A stretch of DNA of 64,000 nucleotides from contig OX597815.1 in NCBI GenBank assembly GCA_951406725.2, positions 108,748,001 to 108,812,000 on the forward strand, in the 5' to 3' direction. How positions within the stretch are numbered: position 1 is the stretch's first letter; each line of letters begins with the position of its first letter. Origin of the DNA: Octopus vulgaris (taxonomy: Eukaryota). The notes under the pieces were generated by a model, which worked only from the letters and a program-made list of their open reading frames with translations, was not told the DNA's origin and searched no databases. Shown piece after piece: positions 52,951 through 64,000 of the stretch. Made by a program: the position numbers and the translations under genes.

Positions 52951-55217
52951 AATGATCTATCTTCCTTAAAGAAATATCCACACTAAGGCATTAAAATAGT
53001 GTTATATTGTAACATACTATCTTCACACAGTCTGCTTGACTCTAGGGATTGGTTTGGCTAGGCTGAGTGTAGGTGTAATATGTTTGCTGTGAAAAAGAAA
53101 AGATTTTCACAATTCCATGTCTACTAAAAAAAATAGCATCCCATGCTCCACCTCAATTTTCCCTGGCCCCACCAGTTGAGCATATGCTCCATGTTGGGAA
53201 TCACTAATATAGGTGCTCTCTCTCTCTCTCATTGCACTGAGCTGTATGTGGCCACTTTCACTTGTGAGAAACATCAGCCAAATGTCTGTCAAATCAAACC
53301 CTTTTAAAAAAACAAGGACACCTTTTACAATGTAGTCCTAGCATTACATCATAGTATGTCTGAAAAATTGATGCCATGAGCATGGCTGGAATGCTTTTGA
53401 TCATAGGTGTGCTGGATTAAAGTTGGATTATAAAAATCACAACAGCTCATATCTAAAATACTCACATGAGAGTTGGAACAATTTTAATTCCCAGAACAAG
53501 CAAACCAAAATTTAGTGCTACTCAAATATAGGTTTCCTAAATCTAACTCCTATGGCAAATATTTGTGTAGTTTCATCCTTGGGCAAGGTTTGTCATTTTA
53601 CTTGTCCACAGGCTTTATTCTAGTTAAGAAATCATTATTAACGATACTGTCATTAACGAGAAGTTGTCATTAATGAAGTCTGTGAGCTTGTGTAATTATA
53701 GGTGAAGTTTGATTTGTTCAAGACTTAATGAGATAGATGACAACTACAGTCACACCACCACTGCTACTACCCACCACCACCACAACATCCACTATCATAA
53801 TCACCACCACAACCACCATTACCCCTACGTCCACAACTACTATTAGTTCTACTTCTATTACCAATGCTAACACTACCACCACTCTTATCACCACCACTAC
53901 TGCCACTCTTTTCATCCGCATCATCACCACTACAACTATTACTACTACCGCTACCTCCACCCTACTACCAATACCACCATCATGACTACTTCTACATCTA
54001 CCAACACCTCCACCAATATGCTCACCCCTTCACCACTTACATCATCACCACCACCATCATCATAGCCGATATAATATTAATAAAAGCAACAGAAGCAATA
54101 GCAATTCAGAGAGGGAGCCTCTCTGAAGTTACAAGACCTGCTAGAAACAGCAGCCAAATCTCACTCTCACATTAATCCCTGCTTTTAAGAAAAGGGGAAC
54201 ATTAGATGTATTCCAACAATAGCATCCACAGCAAAAACAATATCAACAACAAAAGCATCATCTATAACATTAACAATAGCAATAGCAACAACGAAACAAA
54301 CTATCACTGCTAACACCATGAACAGGAAGGGAACTGAAGCTAATCATTAGAATAAGGATTAGCTACCTGGGATTACTGCAGTGGCAGCAGCAGCACCAAT
54401 CTCAAAGTCAACACCACCTTTGTGCCATTTACAAAGACAATCACTGTTATGGCAGCACAATAGTTAATATTAAGAACCGGAAGAGAACAAGAAACCAAAC
54501 ACTGAAATAACATTTAGCTACCTGAGGTTATCCAACAATAGCAGCAACAACAACAACAACAACATCAACAGCAGTACCACCCACCAATCCCAAAGTCTTG
54601 TGCACCATTCACTCTATTCACAAAGACAACAACATCTATAGTGACCAGGCCATCACAGCTCACTTCAAGAGCAGGAAGAGAACAAGAGACCAAATTACAT
54701 GGAGTTGCCCAACAATGGCAACTCCAAAGTCAATTCTTTCACACCAACAATAAAAGCTGTAGCAATGTGTTAATACAGCAACAACAGAACAACCCAACCA
54801 GAACAATGACAGTAACAACTCATGAATTTTCTTACATTAACAGCTGTTGTAGTTATTGTTAAAGAAGTCTCCTTTGATCTGTCCATCAACAATCCAGCCT
54901 CTGTCTGTTTTCTTTCTCTCTTTCTCTTACTAATGTTCTCTCTCCCCGCTCTCTCTCTCTCTCTCTCTCTCTCTTACTTTCTCTCTAGTTATCCATTTAT
55001 CTATAAATTTATTTATGTTTTTCTTTATTCCCTCCCTTTATATTTCCTTATCTGTCATTTTTTTTCTATCTTTTTGCATCTTATGTCTATCCATGTGCTT
55101 TCATCATACATGACAGACATGAATACATGCACATACAAATGCATACATACATATATGTGTGTGTGTATATATATAACAAACAGATGTATTAGTTTAACGT
55201 TCAGGAAGGTGAGAAAG

Positions 55218-55255
55218 TCTTTTACGTTTCGAGCCTATGCTCTTCAGCAGTAAGG
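55218..55255 (-). ncRNA. Hammerhead-like motif, family H1 (element 55170-55315)
   Basis: cctta-CTGCTGA-A-GAGC(ATAG)GCTC-GAA-ACGT-A-aaaga: GUA site, C at core position 6. Confidence 0.6.
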
Positions 55256-55313
55256 AACACAAGGAAATAAACAGAGAGAGAATAAAAAAGCTTTTGGAGC
55301 TAGCAGTCAATCA

Positions 55314-55374
<61 letters not shown>

Positions 55375-55377
<3 letters not shown>

Positions 55378-55661
55378 TATAGGAGTGGCTATGTGGTAAG
55401 TAGTTTGCTTACCAACCACATGGTTCGGGATTCAGTCCCATTGTATGGCACTTTGGGCAAGTGTCTTGTACTATATCCTTAGACTGACCAAAGCCATGTG
55501 AATGGATTTGGTAGATAGAAACTGAAAGAAGCCTGTCGTATATGTATATATTTATATATATGTATGTGTTTGTGTGTCTATGTTTGTCCCCCCACCATCA
55601 CTTGACAACTGATGTTGGTGTGTTTACATCTCTGTAACTTAGTGGTTCAGCAAAAGAGACA
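55375..55661 (+). mobile_element. SINE family A, 3'-truncated
   Basis: Head and body present. Confidence 0.85.
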
Positions 55662-55930
55662 TATTTGTATATATATATATGCGTGTGTGTGTCAGTGTGT
55701 GCATGTGTGTATGTATGTGTATAGTGTACATAGGTATGGAAAAGAAGCTCCAATGCCAAAGGATGAGAGTTGTTTACGATTATTGCAGCTAACACCTCAC
55801 ATGTTTCTAAACATCAGACTGTGTATGAGAAAATATATAAGATAAATATCATATAGTAATCTAGTTTTTTAACCTTTTCTGTGGAACATAAACTGAAGCA
55901 AATATATCACGTATGCATTTAAAGAAGATA

Positions 55931-55974
55931 TTTTGGTATGTTTCATAGCTAGTTGGCTACTCTTCAGATGATAC
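55931..55974 (-). ncRNA. Partial hammerhead-like core
   Basis: CTGAAGA-GTAGC(caacta)GCTAT-GAAA with an intact stem II; stems I and III not evident. Confidence 0.3.
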
Positions 55975-56469
55975 ATTACCCTCGTTCTTGAAGAAAATTT
56001 GATAGCAATCACTATTTAAACCAAACAGAAACCAGTGCTGCACTGTATGTACCAAGCTATATAACATACCCTGTATTCATCAGTGGCATAATTAGATAAT
56101 TAAATATTTTATGCGCTACACAACATGTATTAGAATACCTAAGATAAATTAAATATTGAGACATCTGGTTCATGCTAACCAATACACAACATGACTTCAC
56201 TGAAAATGATCTATGAGATTATTAATATTCTGTGAGATTACTAATATTCTTACTAATATTCTAATACTCTGTGTAAGTATATTAGCAATAATAATATTAT
56301 CAATATACTTCTCATATACTTGTTGTTAGGTAAATATAATTTTCTCTCTCTCTCTTTCGGTGTTTCCTCTTCTCTTTTTTTAATATATGCATATAATATA
56401 TATTTATATTTACCTTTATATGTTTGTGTGTGTATACACACACACACATATATATTTATACATACATTT

Positions 56470-57497
56470 ATCATCATCATTATCATCGTTTAATGTTTGC
56501 TTTCCATGCTGGCATGGGTTGGACGGTTTGACTGAGGACACATGAGCCAGATGGCTGCACCAGGCTCCAATCTGATCTGGCAGAGTTTCTACAACTGGAT
56601 GCCCTTCCTAACGCCAACCGCTCTGAGAGTGTAGTGGGTGCTTTTTACATGGCCAGTCAGGCAGTACTGGTGATGGCCACACTCAAATGGTGTTTTTTTA
56701 TGTGCCACCTGCACAGGAGCCAGTCCAGCAGTACTGGCAATGACCTCACTTGAATGCTGTTTTTCACGTGCCACTTGCACAAGTGCCAGTAAGGCAATGC
56801 TGGTAATGATAATGCTCGAATGGTGCTTTTTATGTGCGTCTGGCACAGGAGCCAGTCAGAGGCCCTGGCAACAATCACACTTGGATGGTGCTTTAACGTT
56901 TCACTGGCATGGGTGCCATTCAGGTGGAGCTGTCATCGGCCATGTCAGCGAATTTGATTTTGATCTCATCATCATCATCATCATCATCATTTAGAGTCCG
57001 TTCTCCATGCTAGCATGGGTTGGACGGTTCAACTGGGGTATGTGAAGCTGGAAGGCTTTATCAGGCCCAGTCAGATCTGGCAGTGTTTCTACGGCTGGAT
57101 GCCCTTCCTAACGATGGTGCTTTTACGTGTCACCGGCACGGGGGCCAGGCGAGGCTGGCAACGGACACGAACGGATGGTGCTTTTACATGCCACCGACAC
57201 GGGGGCCAGACAGGGCTGGCAAACGGCCACGAACGGATGGTGCTTTTACGTGTCACCGGCACGGGGGCCAGACAGAGCTGGCAAACGGCCACGAACGGAT
57301 GGTGCTTTTACGTGTCACCGGCACGGGGTCCAGGCCAGGCTGGCAACGAACATGAACGGATGGTGCTTTTACATGCCACCGACATGGGGGCCAGACAGTG
57401 CTGGCAAACGGCCATGAACGGATGGTGCTTTTACGTGTCACCTGCACAGGGGCCCTGATGTTGATCGACCTCAATTTGGTTCTGCTTTCTGATATTT
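56470..57497 (-). mobile_element. Two adjacent RTE 3' UTRs (56470-56965, 56966-57497); the second has six ~61-bp units
   Basis: (cat)n tails at 56470 and 56966; gatggtgcttttac recurs with ~61-62 bp period from 57113 to 57421. Confidence 0.9.
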
Positions 57498-58079
57498 GGT
57501 TTGATTTTGATTTTGACTATATATATATATATATATACATATACATACATATACATATATATATACATATATATATACATATATATATATTTACACACAC
57601 ATATAATTATAGATGTAGATAGAGAGGCTGAGGGATAGATAGGTACATGTCCAAAATATCAACAAGGGAACATCTAGCAGATTGCATAATTTGTTAGAGA
57701 TAAGAACCAACTTTCCTTCAAAATAACACTTTGAGATCTTAAAAATAGAAGGATGCATAGACAATGAAGTCCAAGATGGACTTGACTGAAAAGTTTTTGA
57801 TCATAAGTCTTCTCTGATAAGACAGACTTAGGACTAAATCTGCCCAATAGCCCTATTGTGTGTTATGTTAGAATAATCTCATTGATATGTGTATTGAAGT
57901 ATTAAATATTTTTGAAGCACTGGCATGGCTATTGACATAGATGTGGCTGTGTGGTAAGGAAAGTTGTTTTCTAACCATGTGATTTCTATTATAGAAAAAT
58001 AAAAAGAAACCTAACACACACACACACACATATATATATATATTTGTATGTATGTATGTATGTATATATATCTCTCTCC

Positions 58080-58148
<69 letters not shown>

Positions 58149-58215
58149 CTTACTTGGAAATGGATGTGTGTCATTCAATCAAATGATAATATAAATAATA
58201 TATATATATATGCAT

Positions 58216-58254
<39 letters not shown>

Positions 58255-58756
58255 CACATACATGCATATATAGACACAGGACGTCACCAAAAGTAAACAG
58301 CATGAAATACGAAAAATGAATTCAATATGCAAACAACAAGAGAAACAAATGGAAAACAGAACAAGTAACACAAAGAACAACCAATCACTTGTCAGCTGTC
58401 TATCTGCTCCTATGTTAAGGGTACGCTTGTCTGTGGAGTGCTCAGTCACTTGCTCTCTGATTTCATTTGTATGTATATTGTATATTTAGCTTGAAGCCAC
58501 TCTGTAGGATATAAATTTTATAATAAAGCAGAGCCTGCTTAAATATATTTTTTTGAGCATCTTTCATCCTTTTGCAGAATTTCTTTTTCTTTTTCTTGCT
58601 TGCTTAGATAAAACAATTCAAAAGAGATCTTTTTCACAAATTTGCCTAGTAGCTACATTAGATCGTTCCTAATCAGTGATAAAATGGTTCTAGTATTCTT
58701 TCTCAGGTATATGTAAGTTCTATAAGAACAACAGTTGTCAAAATCTCAATGTTTTA

Positions 58757-60024
58757 TTGGGTTGTCCAGAATGTTTGTGCCAATTTTTAAAGGAATGAAA
58801 ATGGTCAATAAATACTTGCCATTAATTTTTTAATCAACCAAATATGAGCTATTTTGTTGTACAATGCATCTCCATCTTTCCTTTAACTTGAAAATAGACT
58901 TTTCCCAGAATTGAGGTGGTTTCATGGCAAAGAATTCATCAAGGTATCTCTTTACATCATCCAAAGAATTGAAATTTCTACTATTAAGACTATTCTGCAA
59001 AGACCTGAATAAGTGGAAATCCGAAGGAGCAATATCTGGTGAATATGGAGGGTGGAGTAACACATCCCAACCGAGCTGCAGCAATTTTTGTCTGGTTCCC
59101 AAAGAAACATGTGGTCTTGAATTATCATGTTGGAAAACAACACGCTTCCTGTTGGCCAATTCTGGATGTTTCTCTTGAATTGCTGCTTTTAAGTCGTCCA
59201 GTTGTGTACAGTATTTCTCAGAATTAATTGTTTGGTTACTTGGGAGAAACTCATAGTACAGAATTCCTTTCCAATCCCACCAGACACAAAGCAAGATTTT
59301 TTTAGGGTGAATACCTGCTTTTGGGGTGGCTAAGGGTGACTCATTTCGCTTACTCCAGGATCGCTTTCTCTGAACATTTCGATAGATAATCCATTTCTCA
59401 TCACCTGTCACAATTTGCTTTAAAAAAGGTGCGTTTTCATTCTGTTTTTAAAGTGAATCACAGATGGAAATGTGATCCAAAAGGTTCTTCTCACTCAACT
59501 TATGTAGCGATTTGTGTACCCAAGCTTTACCAGGCGCTCATAAATGATGGATTTTGATAGGTTGAGGCTTTCTGCCAATTCTCGGGTTGTGCAATGTGTG
59601 TTATTCTCAATTAATGACTTGATTTGGTCATCATCTGTAGTAGATTGTCTGTCTGATTGCTCTTTATCAATAAGGCTACAATCTCCTGCTCGGAACCTTG
59701 CAAACCACTTTTGTACAGTTCTTTCAGATAAAGAAACATCACCATAAACTGCACATATTTCTTTGGTTGCTTGTGAGGCATTTTTCCCTTTACGGAAAAA
59801 GATAAGCATCAAGTGCCAAAAATGAACTTTCTTACCTTCCATTTTAAAGGGTTACAGAATTAACACAGGTTATAGGAACATAAACCTTCTTCCACGAAAG
59901 GATAGCTTAAACTGTGCTCTAAATGGAGGTGTAGCCAAATCCTATTTTATGGACTCAACCATGTTCTAAAATAAGTCAAAAGGTAAGCTGCTATAAATCA
60001 GCATGAACTTTCTGGACAACCCAA
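58757..60024 (-). mobile_element. Near full-length mariner transposon (DD34D, resembles mellifera subfamily), defective
   Basis: ~30-bp TIRs ttgggttgtccagaa..., TA on both flanks, 1268 bp. Confidence 0.95.
58830..59842 (-). pseudogene. Mariner transposase pseudogene
   Basis: HTH N-terminus (59495-59842); TGDEKW, HDN and YSPDIAPSD with D34D spacing. A frameshifting deletion removes WVP and an in-frame TAA lies near 59448. Confidence 0.92.
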
Positions 60025-60196
60025 TATATATATATATATATATATATATCTGATTACTTATAGAGATGAGTATCACATTATTAACATTGGCACCACATTC
60101 AGAAACAACAATAATAGTGTAATATAAATGTTTTCCCTTCATCCAACATCATTACTATTTTTTAAAATATGATAATGTAATTCCTGTGCTTCTATT

Positions 60197-60539
60197 TCAA
60201 ACATTTAATTTTGGAGAGAATTTTTTGATGAAGTGCAGCTCCTTTGCTTTTCAGAATTTTGGGTCATCTCTTGAACATTTGTTAAAAGGGAAGATCTTGA
60301 ACTTTCCTTTACTGCATATTTCTAAATGCTTGCTCAGTGGAATCTTGCTCAATTCCTCTTATCTGATGTGTTGATTGTGGTTTCCGTGCATATTGGCAGA
60401 GGGAATTGTTTGTTTCACCAATGTAATTTTCCTTGCAGTTGAGGCAGGTAATGCAGTATATGAGATTCTGCATCCTACAGTTCATTTCTACATTTACTTT
60501 GAACAAGAATCCACTTTGATTTTGATTCTGTCTTGACAA
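60197..60539 (-). mobile_element. Penelope-like element GIY-YIG endonuclease remnant
   Basis: MNCRMQNLIYCITCLNCKENYIGETNN, then after a frameshift IPLSKHLEICSKGKFKIFPF...KELHFIKKFSPKLNV*. Confidence 0.85.
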
Positions 60540-61959
60540 GTTAAAAAACTGAATGCAAGCACTAATAAAGAATTACCCAAAATTCTGACTGCCTTCTTTT
60601 TCTCAATATATATATATATTGCAATCATTAGGCTCACACTTGAGAGAAAAAAAAGGAAGCCTAAGCTTTTCTTCAGAAAAATAGACAGAAGGAAAGGACA
60701 GAACAAAGTAAAAGAAAATGGTATCACTGCTGGTGTAATAGATTTCAGTGTATGTCAAGTCATATTAGAACTGACCAGAAGAGTTGCAAATGACTGGAAG
60801 TTAGGAGGAAGGAAAGATGTTTCATATATTTCACAACAACAAAGTGAATGTGCGGAAGTGCAGGCAAGTGTGTGTGTGTGTATGTGTGTGTGTACATGTG
60901 TGTGTGTGTATGTGTGTAAGTATGTTTGTGTGCTATTAAAAGCATTTGGCATTGTTGAGAGTGCATTTGTATATATATTTCATTGTTGTTGTTGTATTGT
61001 GTTGTTGTGTAATGTGTCTGAGACTAATCTGTATGTATGCGTGTGAGTGTATGTTTGTTGTGTGTGAGTGTGTTTGTTGTGTCCGTGTGTCCGTGTGTGT
61101 GTCCATGGAGTTAAAGGTTTCCAGTGAGTCAAAAACAGGTTAATTGCATTTCTGATAGAGTGACAGAGGATTGTGTTACTTAATGGAAAAAGACCTCTCA
61201 TAAAGTATTTTGATTTGAAAGCAATGCTAGTAAATGAGGGATTTCTCTGTAAATTAGATGCTTCTTTGACACTCTTACATGTGAGCTCCTATAACACCTG
61301 GACAACTATAACCAATCACACAACTGTTTAACAATTGTAAGATGAAATTAAATAAACATCTGGTTATGGTGGCAATGTAGTAGCAATGAACTCATTTAGC
61401 TTTAAGTCAAAGCTGATTTAGGAGCTCTTTGATCAAAAGTACTCCATCCACGACCATCTTGGTTTTTTTTTGTTTTTGTAAGTATAGTGTATCCAGGATT
61501 ACATTAAGGAATGTTTTTGCTTGTTTTAAGATGGTAAGCTGATATGAAGGGAATTTGGCTGCTATTTCTAGCATGTCAAATATATATAAGATATAAGATA
61601 CATCACACTGGTTGATGTAGAGATATGCACGACTGATGACAAGGGATTAGTGTCTATAATTGTAACTAAGTAGATATTTGATGATGTTTTGAATGTTGTT
61701 GTTGATAATTCTGAAGACAAGTACTAATATTTGTGGTTATTATTTTTTGCTATTTAGTTGGTGTTCTTATTGTTTAACAGCCTGCTAGCTCTGATTTATA
61801 ACCAATAATGTTTCAACCATAATCATCCTACTTTAATTTTCATACATAATGTGTGCATAAAGAGTTGAGCTTCTACTAAATTGAGATTGTATTGAGATAT
61901 TTCAGAGCTTGTAACTGAAGTAAATGAAAAGATAGGAACATGAAACTCCATATGTTTAT

Positions 61960-62930
61960 TTGTCATAAGAAACACAAAGCTTTTATTCAGCATGCGTTAT
62001 GTGTATAATTGACCAAATATGACTGAAGATATCTGATCATATTCTCATTACTTCGTCCATGCTGACGGACCTAAATTTCTTCCTAATAGCAGTGTTCAAT
62101 GTAACTTTACTACTGTGAAGTGTTGCAATGGAATTGTCCTCAATGATACCCTACATCCAAAAGTCTCATGGATTCAGATCTGGTGATCTACGAGATAAAA
62201 CTTCTCTGTTGACAAAAAGCAGAAGTTTTACCTTCAAATAATCTTGCACACACTTTGAACCCTGTGCTGTTTACAGGGATCTTAGACAGACATGACATCA
62301 CATGAATCATAACATTTCACATTAATCATGACAGTCCACAGCATCAGAACTCTATCAAGGATATTCAAATACTCACTTGTGTTGATATTAAGACCAGCTT
62401 TTATGAAACGAGGTGGTATTGCACCATTGTTGGTTGTAAAGATTCCAAAACACCATCACCAAAGCTGCATTCATGCCTTATCAGAAACAATAATTACAAA
62501 AATGATTACTTGGTTGACTACAAATATCTTTTTCCAACAAAGATCCTCAAATACCTTCCCATGCACTTGTGATACTTGAGAAGCTTTGGGACTTTCTTTC
62601 AACCTTAATCACTTTGGAGAGGCTGTATGAATGTATTATCACCAGTGAACATATGAATTTATACTTATGCTGTTACTTTATCTGTTCCAGTTATTATATT
62701 CCTGCTCACATTATGGGTTTTGCAAGTTTGTCATACTGATGGGATGAGTTTGCTGTGGATGACCAATTTAAAATAGCTGGAAAGGTGTGTTCACCTGCAA
62801 TTATAGGTAAAATGAGATGAATAGGGAACATCTGACACCTTGAGGTCAGCCAAAGTATTGCAAGCTGTTACCTTTCACTGCATAGGTAATGAGGTCACAC
62901 TGTTCTCATTTGTTTTCATTTAGTGCAATA
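61960..62930 (-). pseudogene. Heavily decayed DD37D-like transposase
   Basis: Hand translation across frameshifts: PPRFIKAGLNINTSEYLNILDRVL...SKCVQDYL...SPDLNP*DFW. Confidence 0.65.
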
Positions 62931-63409
62931 ACAGCATTTTGATACTATGATTCCAAAACTCTAGAGCAATGTATTAGAATTTATAGTGTGCACACACACA
63001 CAAAACACACACACATAAACAAAGCTAATATTTTAGACTCATCACATACAAACTCATGATTCTTATAAAGGTATAATGGTGTTAATTTAAATACATGCTC
63101 CTGTATAGGACTATATTATCCAATATATCCCTTTTTAGAAAAAAAATTGCATGAGTAGTTTAAAAGAAATTTGAATAATATATTCCAACATTAACATTTC
63201 ATCTGAGTTTTAGATATACCATGTCTGGGGTTTCATTATACAATATCATCTTTATTTAAAAACAAAAAATGATAGGGTGTCATTTGAGGGAGATTTGACA
63301 TGTATTACTAAGTTACCACTCAGAGAATTTCTTGTTGGCTGATAGGAGATTGTCTTGACCTAATGTATCATATGTTATGTGAGACATAAAAGAAAAAATG
63401 GCACTTTGT

Positions 63410-63715
63410 TGATTATAATGACGAGTGTTTCAGTTGGTCTGATCAACAGAACAATTTGCTTATGAAATTAACATGCAAGTGGCTGATCTCTCCACAAATG
63501 CACACACTCTTTATGTAGTTCTCAGGCAGTGTGACACAGAATGTGACAAGGCCGACCCTTTAAATTTACATATACAACCCATTTTTGCCAGCTGTGTGTG
63601 GACTGAAGCAAAGTGAAATAAAGTATCTTGCTTAAGACAAAACCTGCTGCTGGCTATTGAACTCGTGGCTTTACAATTATGAGCTGAATAACCTAACCAC
63701 TAAGCCATGCACCTT
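63410..63715 (-). mobile_element. tRNA-derived SINE family C
   Basis: ggtgcatggcttagtggttagg...gagttcaat head; cttaagcaagatactttatttcac core. Confidence 0.75.
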
Positions 63716-64000
63716 ATTAAGTTATATTATCACAATTATGTTTCACATAATTGTGATAGCATAATATAAGAGAACCATTGTGATGATGAATTTGATATAT
63801 CTACATCTAAACATTGAATCAAGAAAGCAACAGGTTACATGATCCTCGTGAAGACTTATCAAAGAAATTTTGTTGTAATGTCAGTTGTGTTATGTTACAT
63901 TGTAAGGATGCTTCATATATATATTTTTTATGGGATAGTATAATCTGAACGATTTACTAATGTCAGTTTTAAATAAGATAGTGTGAGAGTATGTTTATTC

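Noticed and set aside
53737-54175. Mucin-like Thr-rich CDS
   Set aside because: Degenerate (ACC/ACT)n microsatellite with no splice or domain support.
57113-57450. CRISPR array
   Set aside because: The spacer-like parts are homologous to each other, the array lies within RTE 3' UTRs, there are no cas genes, and the context is eukaryotic.

Overview
AT-rich, microsatellite-dense eukaryotic non-coding DNA. The repeat content suggests a cephalopod (Octopus-like) genome; this is an inference, not a database result. No host protein-coding gene can be recognised, and almost all short ORFs in the track are microsatellite or SINE artefacts. The window is a nested transposon graveyard containing: (i) RTE-clade LINE 3' fragments whose 3' UTR holds a variable-number array of ~61-bp double-hairpin units; (ii) R4/Dong-like RLE non-LTR fragments stacked in (TAA)n; (iii) Penelope-like element (PLE) remnants, namely two GIY-YIG C-termini and one ORF N-terminus; (iv) a near full-length DD34D mariner and two decayed DD37D-type transposases; (v) about four SINE or SINE-like families. 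The most notable hidden signal is about ten minimal type I hammerhead-ribozyme-like motifs (CUGANGA-stem II-GAAA-palindromic stem III-UH) from several families, mostly in short elements embedded in (TA)n. Some sit inside fold-back inverted repeats, and one family can be linked by sequence to a PLE ORF start. All alignments and folds were done by eye, so coordinates of decayed elements are approximate.
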